A stretch of 64,000 nt of DNA, from assembly GCA_963768755.1 (NCBI GenBank), contig CAVYIX010000003.1, positions 52,201 to 116,200 of the forward strand, written 5' to 3'. The notes beneath the pieces were generated by a model. That model was not told the DNA's origin, searched no databases, and saw only the letters and a list, made by a program, of their open reading frames with translations. Position 1 is the stretch's first letter. Every line of letters starts with the position of its first letter. Of the stretch, positions 22,033-32,977 are shown piece after piece. The DNA comes from an uncultured Methanobacteriaceae archaeon. Its GTDB lineage: Archaea; Methanobacteriota; Methanobacteria; Methanobacteriales; Methanobacteriaceae. A program made the translations under genes and the position numbers.

Positions 22033-24901
22033 ACGTTCTCCCTTCACAACCTATGTGGATAATATTAAAGTTTGGAGATTTTTCTCTAAATTTTTGACTG
22101 TATTTATCATTATAAATTAATTTAACAAGATCTTGATGCCGTTTAAGAATATTTTTCCGTTTTAATTTTAAATTAGCTGTTAGATCACCATGTTCTATTG
22201 AAAGATCATTTTTTAAGATTACCCAACGTTTAATTTTCTCAGGATTTGAAAGTTTAGAATTTACATTTTTGATTGCAATTGATATTTTCTCTGGATCAAT
22301 ATCTTCATTAACCCATAACAAAGAAATACAGTATGGTTTTTCATCCCCAAAAACCATGACCTCTGATACTCCATTAATGTGCTTCAACATACCCTCAATT
22401 TTCAATGGACTTATACTCTTGCCGTATGAGTTGACAATCAATTCTTTTTTTCTTCCTGTAATAACTAAACTACCTTCGGTAGTTATATAACCATAATCAC
22501 CTGTAAGAAGCCAGTCATCCTGGAATAAAAGAATATTACGAGTTTTATCATTGAAGTATCCTGGGGTTACTTGAGGTCCTCTAACCGCAACTTCACCATC
22601 ATCTAATATTTTCACATCAGTTAAGGGTAAGGGTTCTCCAACAGTGCCTAGTTTGTTGGATCCAAGTCTGTTGATGGTAACAAGGGGTGCTTCTGTTAAA
22701 CCGTATGCATTATGAATTTCAATACCTAACTCGTGGTAGCTCTCCAGAAGGTCTATACTTACAGGGGCAGAACCCACAATTAACTGGGCACAATCATCCA
22801 GACCTGTTTGTTTAAGTAAAGTTCTCCTCAATATTCTGCGCAGTACATTCTTTACAATACCACTATTGACATTTAGATACATACTTCCCAACATACTTTT
22901 TTCAATTTTCGACCAGACCTTCTCATAAAATCTTGGCACCGAGAAGAAAATGGTTGGTTTAACCTTGGGTAGGGTACTTTCAAGTTCTTGGAAATCCTCT
23001 AGAAAGTAAAGTTTAAGTGATGTGGGGGCATAATACGGAGCATATATCCCTAAAATGCCTTCAACGACATGATTCATTGGTAAAAATGATAAATATGAAA
23101 CTTCTCTTGTTCTATCTTGCCAAGGAGGCATGGAGGCAATGTACTCAGCCATCCATCTTAAATTTCCATGTGTAAATGTAACTCCAGAGGGTTTTCCAGT
23201 TGTTCCAGACGTATAACGGATGGTTGCAACATCATTAAAATCTACAGGGGCAATGGAGTTACTATCTGAATTTTTATCATATTCAAATTCATTCCCTAAT
23301 GCAAGAAATTCCTTCCATGACAAAATATCAGATGGTTGTTTAACAGAATCGTTGCAGAATGATACTATGTTTTCTTTATTTTCAAGATCCATTAAATGAT
23401 CAAGCACATATGGAGTACCAATAAAAATGACTCGTGCACCACAATCATTTATGATCTCATTGATCTCTGCCATCGGGCTGGTATAATAGACTGGAACACA
23501 TACTGCACCTAATAATCCAATTGAAACATCCAAAGTAAGGTATCGGGAATTGTTGTATCCTATTATGACAACTCTGTCACCATGACCAATTCCAAGTGCT
23601 TTAAGTGATTTCACAGCATTTAATATATCTATCCTCATATCGGATGATTTTTCCCTTATAAATTTTCGGTTTATTACATCATAGTAGTTAACAGGTCTGC
23701 TCATACTTTTAAGTCTGAATAAAATCTGTTCATGAACTGTTCGTTCTGATCTATGGAAAAATCCATAGTAAACTGCATAATTTAATATTTTTGGTAAAAA
23801 TTTTTTCCAGTCCAAATCATATGGTCCAAGCAATTTTTCAAGGTTACTCCTTGAGAATTCCCTGTCTTCATTCAAATATGGTGTAAGTTCTGTGATAGTC
23901 TTTCTTAAACGTTTTCCATTTTGGCCTGAAAATTTAATGAAATATGTAATATAAGGGATTAAGGATGAAGATAGAAAGAGAGGGGTTGAAAGTTTTAATC
24001 CCAAATTATCATTGGCCCATTGCCGAATGAAATCAATAAATTCTTTAACATCGGGTAGAGTTGTGTATGGTGCTGTTAGATGGAAACTTAAACCTTCAGC
24101 TTTTTGATCAAATGTTAATTTCACCACAGCATGGGCAACATAGTCTACAGGCACCAAATTGATCTTGGTATCTTCAGAAACGGGCATTATTGGTAACTGT
24201 CTATTGAGATAAAGTCGAATAAGAACGTATATTGTGTTAAATGTTTTTATGTAACCTGATTTTGAGCTACCAACAACCATTCCCGGTCTAAATATAGATA
24301 TAGGTAACCCTGATTCTTTTACTATTAATTCTGCTTCATATTTACTTCTCTCATAATTACTTAGGAATCCATAATTATCTGTGAGTAAATTTTCTAATAT
24401 GAGGCCATCCTGCCTACCTGCAACATACGCTGTTGATAAGTGAGAGAATCGAAGGAGGCTATGATTATCGTGGGCATCTGATGCAAGTTTAACTACGTTC
24501 CGAGTTCCTTGTACATTAATTTTCCTTAGATCTTCTATTGGGGCATTTAGTCTGATATCTGCTGCCGTATGGATTATATGAGTCACATTATCAACTAAAT
24601 AATTGTATTTATCATCATCAAGTCCAAGTTTTTCTTTAGTGATGTCTCCATTAAGTAAAGAAATTTTGATTTCATGTGAGTCTGTTGTAAATTTTTTTAA
24701 CCCATTAATATTATCAATGAGATCTGGCCATTCCCACCATGCACGGAGAAGATGCCGGGATGCATCTTCAAAACTTTGACCTCTTACCAATACAATTAAA
24801 CGTAGGTTTTCATTTTTTATTAATCTGCGAACAATCTGGGTTCCGAGAAAACCAGTAGCACCTGTCAGAAAAACTATATTCTTCAATTCCCCACGTCCCA
24901 T
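22022..24901 (-). CDS. Fusion protein: N-terminal thioester/acyl reductase (NAD_binding_4, SDR) + C-terminal AMP-forming acyl-CoA synthetase/adenylating domain
   Basis: N-terminus [15 protein letters not shown] plus YERSKYEAE (SDR YxxxK). C-terminus [36 protein letters not shown] and LTGDYGY...GRKKELI are the AMP-binding core motifs. Confidence 0.85.
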   Translation of the reverse strand: MGRGELKNIVFLTGATGFLGTQIVRRLIKNENLRLIVLVRGQSFEDASRHLLRAWWEWPDLIDNINGLKKFTTDSHEIKISLLNGDITKEKLGLDDDKYNYLVDNVTHIIHTAADIRLNAPIEDLRKINVQGTRNVVKLASDAHDNHSLLRFSHLSTAYVAGRQDGLILENLLTDNYGFLSNYERSKYEAELIVKESGLPISIFRPGMVVGSSKSGYIKTFNTIYVLIRLYLNRQLPIMPVSEDTKINLVPVDYVAHAVVKLTFDQKAEGLSFHLTAPYTTLPDVKEFIDFIRQWANDNLGLKLSTPLFLSSSLIPYITYFIKFSGQNGKRLRKTITELTPYLNEDREFSRSNLEKLLGPYDLDWKKFLPKILNYAVYYGFFHRSERTVHEQILFRLKSMSRPVNYYDVINRKFIREKSSDMRIDILNAVKSLKALGIGHGDRVVIIGYNNSRYLTLDVSIGLLGAVCVPVYYTSPMAEINEIINDCGARVIFIGTPYVLDHLMDLENKENIVSFCNDSVKQPSDILSWKEFLALGNEFEYDKNSDSNSIAPVDFNDVATIRYTSGTTGKPSGVTFTHGNLRWMAEYIASMPPWQDRTREVSYLSFLPMNHVVEGILGIYAPYYAPTSLKLYFLEDFQELESTLPKVKPTIFFSVPRFYEKVWSKIEKSMLGSMYLNVNSGIVKNVLRRILRRTLLKQTGLDDCAQLIVGSAPVSIDLLESYHELGIEIHNAYGLTEAPLVTINRLGSNKLGTVGEPLPLTDVKILDDGEVAVRGPQVTPGYFNDKTRNILLFQDDWLLTGDYGYITTEGSLVITGRKKELIVNSYGKSISPLKIEGMLKHINGVSEVMVFGDEKPYCISLLWVNEDIDPEKISIAIKNVNSKLSNPEKIKRWVILKNDLSIEHGDLTANLKLKRKNILKRHQDLVKLIYNDKYSQKFREKSPNFNIIHIGCEGRTYEY

Positions 24902-26178
24902 CCCTCTTTTATCAAGAATTCTTTAAGGATTATATGGTTTTGGTTTGATCTTGCTAAATGTTCATCAAAACCTTTAATTAACCTTTTAGATATACTTTGA
25001 GGATTCTCAATAAGCTCGTCCACTGATTTACTCAGATGGTTCCAGATTTTCTGGTCTGAATTTTTTGAATATTTGTAATTAATTAAGTATTCATTATCCA
25101 TTTGAAGATCTTTGTAAAGTCCTGTAAGCCGTGGATCGTGCCCAACTGCTATCTGTGGAATATACTCTTCAAGGGACAAAACTGCAGCATGGTAACGGGA
25201 TGTAACTAACAAATCAAGACTTCTTAGAATTTCTGTCATTTGAGAAGCGTTGAACTCTTTTGAAGAAAATATCCGAGCATTTTGAGGACTCTTCATATTT
25301 TTAATAATGTTCTGAGCAAGTGGTTCATCTAATTCTTCCATACAAATGAGTGCAATGTTTTTTCCATGTTTTTCTATAATTCTATCTGCTTCGTTTGCCC
25401 ATCTAACAGCTAGTTCATTACTTCTGTGTTTTCTATTTTTAGATCTTGAAAAGTAATAAGGCCATTTGTAGAGGTTTTCATGTGGACCCCAAGGTCTAAT
25501 AACAACAGGCCAGAGGTAGAAATCAATTATTGCCAGTCCAATAAAACCTTTCTTGTGTTCTGGAAGGGATTCTTTTTCCCAAATCTTTTTTAAGATATGT
25601 TTATCTTCTGGTTCAGTCTTGAATGTGAAGGCACAATCTGCAGTATGTTTAATAGGTGCTTTTACACCTATTTTACGTAGTTTGTCTTGTGCATAAATGG
25701 TTCTTGTTATGATTAGGTCGGTTTTACTAGCTTCCCGTCTTACTAAAAACTGATTAAAATTTGATAAATCTCCAGCATCTACAGCATAAGCAATGCATGG
25801 AATCTTATAATAGTTAGCACAAGTTGTACTCCACAAAAAAGCCCAAAGAAGAGCAGAAGTCCATGTGTCCATATAACAGCTCCCTTCAACCAGCATTACA
25901 AGGTCATGGGTTTTTACCAGCTTCCTAACAGCGAAGAAAAAAATTGAAGGTATTGGAGCTATTTTCAGCTTAGAATCTTCTTTGATATACCTACGTAGAT
26001 TTTTTTCGTTTAGAGTCGGTATGGTAATAATAACTTCTGGCCCTAAAACTCTCCTTACCTCTTCTATTATAGATATGAGTCTTGTTTCAGAACCAGTATT
26101 GTTGGCGCCGTTATAACCCATCAGGAGAACTTTATTGAGTTTATTTAAATTGTAAGAATTCGGTTTATTTGATATCAT
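24883..26178 (-). CDS. Polysaccharide pyruvyl transferase family protein
   Basis: [15 protein letters not shown]-terminus and the [11 protein letters not shown] motif typical of the CsaB/WcaK-like family. First gene of the operon. Confidence 0.7.
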   Translation of the reverse strand: MISNKPNSYNLNKLNKVLLMGYNGANNTGSETRLISIIEEVRRVLGPEVIITIPTLNEKNLRRYIKEDSKLKIAPIPSIFFFAVRKLVKTHDLVMLVEGSCYMDTWTSALLWAFLWSTTCANYYKIPCIAYAVDAGDLSNFNQFLVRREASKTDLIITRTIYAQDKLRKIGVKAPIKHTADCAFTFKTEPEDKHILKKIWEKESLPEHKKGFIGLAIIDFYLWPVVIRPWGPHENLYKWPYYFSRSKNRKHRSNELAVRWANEADRIIEKHGKNIALICMEELDEPLAQNIIKNMKSPQNARIFSSKEFNASQMTEILRSLDLLVTSRYHAAVLSLEEYIPQIAVGHDPRLTGLYKDLQMDNEYLINYKYSKNSDQKIWNHLSKSVDELIENPQSISKRLIKGFDEHLARSNQNHIILKEFLIKEGWDVGN

Positions 26179-26414
26179 TTTTTTTTTAGAGATTTTGATT
26201 TTGTGTAAATGAATTAAATTTGTATCAACTCATGAAAGTTTTATTTATTTTTTTGATAAATATTTAAACTTCATTTATCATATTTAATTATCTCATTAGT
26301 TATGGATTATATGGTGTTTTATCAAGAATTTTAATTTAAAACTATCTACAACATACTGACTATTTTTGAAATGTATTTTAAAACTCGATAATGCATATTA
26401 ACTGTAATTCAAAC

Positions 26415-26510
26415 CTAACTATTCCTTCTATAGACCATTGTTAAAATGATAATTCCTACAATTATCCATAGAATAATCCCCATTCCTAACATGCCGATTT
26501 GATTTCCCAT
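26415..26510 (-). CDS. Candidate 31-aa single-TM micropeptide
   Basis: My translation is MGNQIGMLGMGIILWIIVGIIILTMVYRRNS. SD AGAGGGA lies 4 nt upstream of the ATG. The ORF is below the track length cutoff. Confidence 0.3.
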   Translation of the reverse strand: MGNQIGMLGMGIILWIIVGIIILTMVYRRNS

Positions 26511-26870
26511 TTTTCCCTCTTTAATTTATTTTCAAATTGATTACATTGTATAAGTATGTTACTAATACACATCATGCAAAAATAGAAATATCGTGGATGA
26601 AATTTTTAGATTTTTTATTTAATCTATTATTAAATTATAAAAATAATGAAGATATATACCAGCTAATAAGCAATATAAACCTTATTAAATTGTTATAATA
26701 ATATTATTGAGATATTCCTGAGCTGTTCAATCATTTAGTAGTTAATATCCTATTTTATAATTACATCTAATGATGTCCAATACTTTTTTTTAATATTTGT
26801 TACATAATAAAATTAGAATAAATTTTCCCTGAATAAAAAATAGTTTACAGGAAGTCTTGAATAAAATATT

Positions 26871-26884
26871 AATGATTAATCATT
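26871..26884. promoter_or_regulatory. Perfect 14-nt palindrome AATGATTAATCATT upstream of the DASS permease gene
   Basis: Exact inverted repeat about 100 nt upstream of the start, immediately 5' of an ATATTTATATGA TATA-like element. Confidence 0.25.
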
Positions 26885-26982
26885 ATAAAATATATTTATA
26901 TGATATTACCCAGTAAGTTACTTTTTGTAAATCTAAGGAGGGATAAAATACGAGAATTAGTTTTAAGACTTTAGGGATTCCT

Positions 26983-28326
26983 TTGGCTATTATTGCGTTT
27001 ATCGTGGTTATGTTGGTTCCTTTGCCGGGTTTGAGTTATTCGGGTCATGCTGCGATTGGTCTTTTGGCTTTTGCTGTTATTATGTGGGCTAGTGAGGCGC
27101 AGGTTCTTGCTGTTACTTCATTGATGTTGTTGTTTTTACAGCCTTTATTGGGAATTGACAGTTTTAATAGTGCTGTTATTGGCTTTGCTAATCCTATCAT
27201 CTTCTTGATGATTGGTGGATTTATTTTGGCGGTTGCTATTGGTAAAAGTGGGCTTGCGAAACGTTTTACCTATTGGATGTTGTCTAAGGTTGGTACTAGT
27301 CCTAGTATGAGTATTTTTGCGGCTGTTTTCTCAACGGGTATTCTCTCTGCTTGGATTGAGAATGTTGTAGCTTTTGCAATGTTGCTTCCAATTATTAAGA
27401 CTATAGTTCCTTTGTTTGGTATAGATGATCCTGAGAAGGGTAACAGTAATTTTGCTAAGGCAATGGTCTTAGGTGCTTCATATGGTTCTTTAGCTGGTGG
27501 TTTTGGTACTGAGATAGGTACAGCTCCTAACTTGATGGCTGCTGCATATACTCACTTACCATTTGTTAATTGGATGGTGTTTGGATTTCCGCTTGCTATT
27601 ATCATGTTATTTGTTACATGGAAGTTATTAGGTTGGATTTTCCCACCTGAAGTTGAAGGTATCGTAGGTGGACATGACACCTTAAATAAAGCTATTGACG
27701 TTATGGGGTCTATAACTAGAAAAGAGAAGATAACTGCCGCTATATTATTCTTTACCATAGGTTTGTGGGTTACAACTGGTATTACGGGTATTGACAGTTA
27801 TTCAGTTGCTTTAATTGGTGCTGCTCTGTACTTTGTGACAGGTGTTATTGACTGGAAAGATGCCCAGGAAGGTGTGGATTGGGGATTAATTATCTTCTTT
27901 GGAGGAGCACTATCCCTTGGAGCTGCACTATTAAATACTGGTGCTGCTAATTATATTATAACACATTTGATCGGTGCTATGGGAAGTAATGTTTCAACTC
28001 TTACAATTATGCTGTTGTTGATGGTTATTGCTGTGGTTTTCACTCAGGTAATGTCAAATATTGCATTGTCTGCGATTTTAATACCTCTTGCTGTTACTTT
28101 AGCTGCTGCTCAGGGCCAACCTATTGGAATTTATGCTGTTCCTGTTGCTATTTCATGTTCGCTTTCGTTCATGTTTCCAATGGCAGATCCGACAGTCGCA
28201 ATGGCATACGGGACTGGTTATGTAAAGATCAAGGAGATTTTAAAGGCAGGAATACCAATGGTTGTAATCGGAATTATTATGACCATAATAATAATGCTAA
28301 CTATAGCCAAACCATTCATAGGATAA
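26983..28326 (+). CDS. DASS/SLC13 (divalent anion:Na+ symporter / ArsB-NhaD superfamily) permease
   Basis: 447-aa polytopic protein with the duplicated hairpin-type motifs [16 protein letters not shown] and [17 protein letters not shown] start with AGGGA 5 nt upstream. Confidence 0.8.
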   Translation: MAIIAFIVVMLVPLPGLSYSGHAAIGLLAFAVIMWASEAQVLAVTSLMLLFLQPLLGIDSFNSAVIGFANPIIFLMIGGFILAVAIGKSGLAKRFTYWMLSKVGTSPSMSIFAAVFSTGILSAWIENVVAFAMLLPIIKTIVPLFGIDDPEKGNSNFAKAMVLGASYGSLAGGFGTEIGTAPNLMAAAYTHLPFVNWMVFGFPLAIIMLFVTWKLLGWIFPPEVEGIVGGHDTLNKAIDVMGSITRKEKITAAILFFTIGLWVTTGITGIDSYSVALIGAALYFVTGVIDWKDAQEGVDWGLIIFFGGALSLGAALLNTGAANYIITHLIGAMGSNVSTLTIMLLLMVIAVVFTQVMSNIALSAILIPLAVTLAAAQGQPIGIYAVPVAISCSLSFMFPMADPTVAMAYGTGYVKIKEILKAGIPMVVIGIIMTIIIMLTIAKPFIG

Positions 28327-28348
28327 TTAACAAAAACTAAGTGGAAAA

Positions 28349-28393
28349 TTAATTTGTAGAATAAATTTCTGCAAATTAATAATTTTATTTTTT
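28349..28393 (+). terminator. Hairpin plus T-tract after the DASS permease gene
   Basis: TTAATTTGTAGA-ataaatt-TCTGCAAATTAA forms a 12-bp stem with one G-U pair. It is followed by TTTTATTTTTT. Confidence 0.4.
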
Positions 28394-28456
28394 AAATTTA
28401 TTTAAATCTGATTAGATAAAAATTAAATATAAAGAAATTTTAGGGAGGATTATCAA

Positions 28457-28903
28457 ATGAATAAAAAGATATTATTGCCTACAGATGGTTCAAAAAATGC
28501 TGAAAGAGCTGGAGAATATGCTATATCTCATGCTGACTTAACAGGTGATGAAATAATTGTTTTAAACGTAATCGATACTGATTACTTGGATGCTATACCT
28601 CAACCGGATGTCAGGGAAACTTTAGATAAAGACCTAAGGGCTGATGGAAAGAGAGCTGTTGAACGCTTTAAAAAGCAACTTGAAGAAAATCAGTGCAATG
28701 GAAAATGTCAAAATATAGAGTTCAAAATTCTCATTAAAGAGGGTAAACCAGCTGATGTCATACTTAAAACCATAGATGAAGAAGGCGTCGATCAAGTAAT
28801 TATTGGTAAATCAGGTAAACATGGATTAGAAAGATTTCTGCTCGGAAGAACAACAGATAGAGTGGTTAAAGGAGCAAAAGTACCAGTTAATGTAATATCA
28901 TAA
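28457..28903 (+). CDS. Universal stress protein (UspA family)
   Basis: [16 protein letters not shown]...[24 protein letters not shown] is the USP ATP-binding fold pattern. SD GGGAGGA upstream. Confidence 0.85.
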   Translation: MNKKILLPTDGSKNAERAGEYAISHADLTGDEIIVLNVIDTDYLDAIPQPDVRETLDKDLRADGKRAVERFKKQLEENQCNGKCQNIEFKILIKEGKPADVILKTIDEEGVDQVIIGKSGKHGLERFLLGRTTDRVVKGAKVPVNVIS

Positions 28904-28968
28904 TCAATAAACATAACTTAAGAATTTCACTATTTGATAATCAAAATATTCAAGATGGGGTCTTCGAG

Positions 28969-29622
28969 ATGTATGTGGTTATAATGGGCGGAGGAAGAAT
29001 GGGGCTTGCATTGGCCTCTTTATTGATTTCAGATGGTCATGATGTTACACTTATTGAAAATGATGAGACTTTATGTAATATTGCATCTTCTGAATTGGAT
29101 GCTATGGTCATCTGTGGAAATGGAACAAATAACAAGGTTTTGGAAGATGCAAATGTAGAAGATGCTGATGTTTTTGTAGCCGCCACTGGAAACGATGAGG
29201 TAAATTTGTTGGCGTCCATTCTCGTAAGGGAATATAAGATTCCAAAAATAATTGCCAGGGTCAGTGATACGAGGCATTTTAAAGCATTTAAGAAGATTGG
29301 TATTGACTCAGTTGTAAGTCCTGAATTAACCACTGCAAGCTATGTTGAAAAATTAATTATAAGACCTAAAATTGCAGATTTGGTGGTAATGGGTAAAGGA
29401 GATGCAGAATTATTAGATATCAAATTGGAGAATGAAAAATCAATTGGCAAAACAATAGGTGATATTAGTCCAGATGATAACTTTTTAATTGTAGCAGTTT
29501 ATGAAAATGATAATTTATTAATTCCGAAACCTGAAATGGTTTTGAAGAAAGGTATGAAAATTTCTATTCTGGTGAAAACTAAATATGCCCAAAAGGTTAT
29601 GAACAGGTTTACCAAATTGTAG
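28969..29622 (+). CDS. trkA: Trk K+ uptake system NAD-binding subunit
   Basis: [19 protein letters not shown] (GxGxxG), an RCK N domain, and a TrkA-C-like C-terminus. Confidence 0.85.
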   Translation: MYVVIMGGGRMGLALASLLISDGHDVTLIENDETLCNIASSELDAMVICGNGTNNKVLEDANVEDADVFVAATGNDEVNLLASILVREYKIPKIIARVSDTRHFKAFKKIGIDSVVSPELTTASYVEKLIIRPKIADLVVMGKGDAELLDIKLENEKSIGKTIGDISPDDNFLIVAVYENDNLLIPKPEMVLKKGMKISILVKTKYAQKVMNRFTKL

Positions 29623-29658
29623 ATAAGAGTTTATAAGATTTCAGGGGACAATATTTAG

Positions 29659-31143
29659 ATGTATTCAATTGACAAAATAAAAAAAGGAGAAATAAGTTCC
29701 TTTTTCCACTACACCGGTTTTATTTGCATTTTTTTAGGGCTTCTAATGTTATTACCTATTGTTGTGTCATTTATCTATGGTGAATACAGATACATTCTAC
29801 CATTCATTTATTCTTCTATTATCAGTATGGTTACGGGTTTATTACTTTATAAATTCTTTAAAAAGCAGGCAGATTTATCTTTGAGAGGGGCAATGATCTT
29901 TGCTACAGGAATTTGGCTCATAGCATGTGCACTGTCAGCTCTTCCTTTTTATTTTTCAGGAGACCTAACCTACCTGGATGGATATTTTGAAGCCATGTCT
30001 GGGTACACTACGACCGGGTTCAGTATGTATGTAAATTTAGATGCGGCAGCCTACACTATGGACTTCTGGAGAGCATTCATGCAGTGGCTAGGTGGAGTTG
30101 GGATCATCGTATTAGCTTTGACCATTCTTTCATCCCCTGCAGCAAATATCATGAGAATGTACTCTGCAGAGGGGAGAGATGAAAGAATACTGCCTAGCAT
30201 AAGACACACAGCAAGAATTATACTCTATATATACTGTTTATACACTATAATTGGTATAATACTGTTTAAATTAGCAGGAATGCCTGTTTTTGATTCTATA
30301 TTCTACACCTTTTCTGCTCTATCCACTGGCGGATTTGGCATGCAGAATGCGAGTTTGGCCCATTATCATAATTTATGGATAGAGATCGTTGCAATGATTA
30401 TTATGATCATTGGTGCAACCAACTTCGCTTTACATTATACTGTGCTTAAAGGAAAATGGAGGGAGTACTTTAAAGATATAGAAACAAGGGTTTCTTGGCC
30501 TTTAATTATTGCAGGTACTATTATTGTTACGGTAGTGCTTTATCAGAGTCCTTTTTATGGGCACAATTTACTTTTATCAATGAGATATTCATTATTCCAA
30601 GTAGTTTCTGCAATAACCACCACTGGCCTGCAGACATCAAATGGATATGAAATACTAAGACAATACCTTGGATTGGGTATTTTTATTCTTACATTGCTTA
30701 TGATTGTCGGTGCAGGTTCATGTTCAACAGGTGGAGGTATAAAATGGATCAGAATAGGCATCATGTTTAAAGCTGTTTGGTGGGAGATCAAATCGTTTTT
30801 ACTTCCCCAAAGCGCGGTAATATCACGCAAAATCCATCACGTAAAGGATGTTAAGGCAGATGATAAACTTTTAAAATTAACTGGCTTATTTGTATTTGTT
30901 TACCTATTGGTTTATATCCTGAGTGTTTTGGTTACTATGTACTACTATCAAAACATTTCACAAGTTTTGTTTGAAGTCGCATCAGCAATGAGCAATGTGG
31001 GACTTACAACTAATCTCATTTCAGCTAGTTCACCAGTAATTATTAAATTAACTTTTATAATAGATATGTGGACTGGAAGACTCGAAATATGGCCAATACT
31101 ATTATTAGTGGCCATTGGAGCCAGTAATATAATCAGAAAATAA
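29659..31143 (+). CDS. trkH: Trk/Ktr K+ transporter membrane subunit
   Basis: 494-aa polytopic protein with repeated pore-loop strings MSGYTTTGFS, ALSTGGFG and AITTTGLQ typical of TrkH/KtrB. Confidence 0.85.
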   Translation: MYSIDKIKKGEISSFFHYTGFICIFLGLLMLLPIVVSFIYGEYRYILPFIYSSIISMVTGLLLYKFFKKQADLSLRGAMIFATGIWLIACALSALPFYFSGDLTYLDGYFEAMSGYTTTGFSMYVNLDAAAYTMDFWRAFMQWLGGVGIIVLALTILSSPAANIMRMYSAEGRDERILPSIRHTARIILYIYCLYTIIGIILFKLAGMPVFDSIFYTFSALSTGGFGMQNASLAHYHNLWIEIVAMIIMIIGATNFALHYTVLKGKWREYFKDIETRVSWPLIIAGTIIVTVVLYQSPFYGHNLLLSMRYSLFQVVSAITTTGLQTSNGYEILRQYLGLGIFILTLLMIVGAGSCSTGGGIKWIRIGIMFKAVWWEIKSFLLPQSAVISRKIHHVKDVKADDKLLKLTGLFVFVYLLVYILSVLVTMYYYQNISQVLFEVASAMSNVGLTTNLISASSPVIIKLTFIIDMWTGRLEIWPILLLVAIGASNIIRK

Positions 31144-31234
31144 AATGGAAAAATTCAAAACTTTCCAATTAGAAACAATAAATTTTTTTACGTTGATTTT
31201 ATACATAAATTATCTTCTTCATCTCAATTTCTAA

Positions 31235-32686
31235 TTATTTGCGGTCTGTAATATCTCGCCAATAGACCGAGATACCATCAGCCGAGGGATATACAGTGAA
31301 ATCAAAACATTGATTTGGATTATGGAGTCCTAGTACTTCAAAGTGTTGGATTTTTTGTGATTCAATTGCTCTTCGAAAAGATGATTCATAGACTGTTCCG
31401 ATAAGCTCTGGAAATGTTTCCCATAAGTTTTGTCCAATCAAATCCTCATACTCAACTCCAAAGTATTTTGAAGCGCATTGATTAATGTAAATAAAATGCC
31501 AGTATTGACTCAAAGCAATGAATCCATCTTGGATACTATCTAATATTTCTGTCATCTGATGTTTACTACGAGCGAGTTCTTCTTCAGCTTGTTTACGATC
31601 AGTATCATCAAATATATAGCCTTTAACTTCAATGAGTTCATTTAAGTCATTAAAAATACCTACAAGATTAGCAACAACATGAATTCTCATCCCATCAGAT
31701 CTTCTTTGCCAGCTTTGAAAACCTTGTAATTTACGTTCCTTCTTCAAACGAGTGATCATGTATGGCCAGTCAAATGAATTAAATTTTGAAATATTGCATT
31801 TAGAAGCTAATTCGCGGTTATTGAAACCATATATGTCAGCAAATGCTGGGTTGCATTCAAGTATTTCACCATCAATTGTAGCAATGAAATCACCAGTTAA
31901 ATCTTCATCAAAAAGACTATGATATTTCTCTTCACTTGCTTGAAGAAATTCTTCAGCTTTTTTACGATCTGTATCATCAAATATGTAACCTTTCACATGA
32001 GTTAGTTTGCCTGAATCACTGAAAATACCAACAAGATTGGCAACTACATGAATTAACTTACCATCTGGCCTTCTATGCCAGCTCTGATGACCTTTGATTT
32101 TACACTCTATCTTAATCAAGTTAATCAGATTTATCCAATCCTTCGGGTTGAAGTCTGAAATTTCAGATTTCAAAGCTTTTTCATGATTATCAAAACCATA
32201 TATCTCAACAAATGAAGGATTGCATATGACTATTTTACCATTTGGTGTTGCTATAAAGTCACCAGTCAAATCATCTTCAAAAAACCTATGAAATTTTCTA
32301 TCACTCTTTTTAAGAGTTTTTGAGGATGTTTTGCACTCGTTAATATCCTGAATCTTAACTAAGAACCCTGAATCAGTAACTGAGACAATCCAATTAATTA
32401 AAACTGGATCAGAGTTTCTTGAATTATCATAACCGTTATAATAAATATTTTCAGGGTTTAATGGTACTTGAAATTCTATTAATCCTTCTTTAAGCAATCT
32501 TTCCTTTATTGGAGCGATGTTTGGATTATCAAATATATTCTTATCTAAACTATCTTCCAATTTATAATTCAATCCAATAGTTTGAGCAGATTGATTAATA
32601 TCGATTAAATTACCCTTTTTATCATAAATAAGGATCCCTATTGGGGATTTATCAAATATCTCTCTAAATCTATCTTTAAGTTCCAA
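31235..32686 (-). CDS. Stand-alone multi-PAS domain sensor protein (no output domain)
   Basis: At least four PAS-like segments. No HisKA/HATPase, GGDEF or HTH part is seen. TTG start with TAGGAGT 8 nt upstream. Confidence 0.8.
   Translation of the reverse strand: MELKDRFREIFDKSPIGILIYDKKGNLIDINQSAQTIGLNYKLEDSLDKNIFDNPNIAPIKERLLKEGLIEFQVPLNPENIYYNGYDNSRNSDPVLINWIVSVTDSGFLVKIQDINECKTSSKTLKKSDRKFHRFFEDDLTGDFIATPNGKIVICNPSFVEIYGFDNHEKALKSEISDFNPKDWINLINLIKIECKIKGHQSWHRRPDGKLIHVVANLVGIFSDSGKLTHVKGYIFDDTDRKKAEEFLQASEEKYHSLFDEDLTGDFIATIDGEILECNPAFADIYGFNNRELASKCNISKFNSFDWPYMITRLKKERKLQGFQSWQRRSDGMRIHVVANLVGIFNDLNELIEVKGYIFDDTDRKQAEEELARSKHQMTEILDSIQDGFIALSQYWHFIYINQCASKYFGVEYEDLIGQNLWETFPELIGTVYESSFRRAIESQKIQHFEVLGLHNPNQCFDFTVYPSADGISVYWRDITDRK
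31583..32290 (-). repeat. Tandem 369-bp (123-aa) intragenic duplication of one PAS unit
   Basis: Residues ~133-245 and ~256-368 align with period 123, e.g. FEDDLTGDFIATPNGKIVICNPSFVEIYGF versus FDEDLTGDFIATIDGEILECNPAFADIYGF, and IHVVANLVGIF...VKGYIFDDTDRK in both. The similarity is also visible at DNA level. Confidence 0.85.
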
Positions 32687-32977
32687 CTGATCATACTCCT
32701 ATTATTAAACTTCTCCTAATCACTATCATAATTTATCATAAATAAATTACTCGATTTAAAAATATAAAAATACTTGAAACTAATTGAAAAGGTGTCATTA
32801 TTTGAATATATGGATTATAAATTCTTATTGACCTATATTATTATTTTAACTAAAATTTAGGGTATTTATTTTATATTACTTATATGAATTCAATTTTTAA
32901 GATAGTTAATTTATAAGAAATTTAAAAGTCAAAAATAATCTTTCTTATGTCATTTCAAAATATAAAATAAATTTATA

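Noticed and set aside
26935-26985. Strong SD AAGGAGGG 40 nt upstream of the DASS permease TTG start, with the frame open from 26947 ([12 protein letters not shown]) and an in-frame ACG at 26950 and ATT at 26956
   Set aside because: I considered it a fourth near-cognate-start case. However, the TTG at 26983 has its own AGGGA at a 5-nt spacing, and the 12 extra residues add nothing recognisable. The canonical TTG start is adequate.
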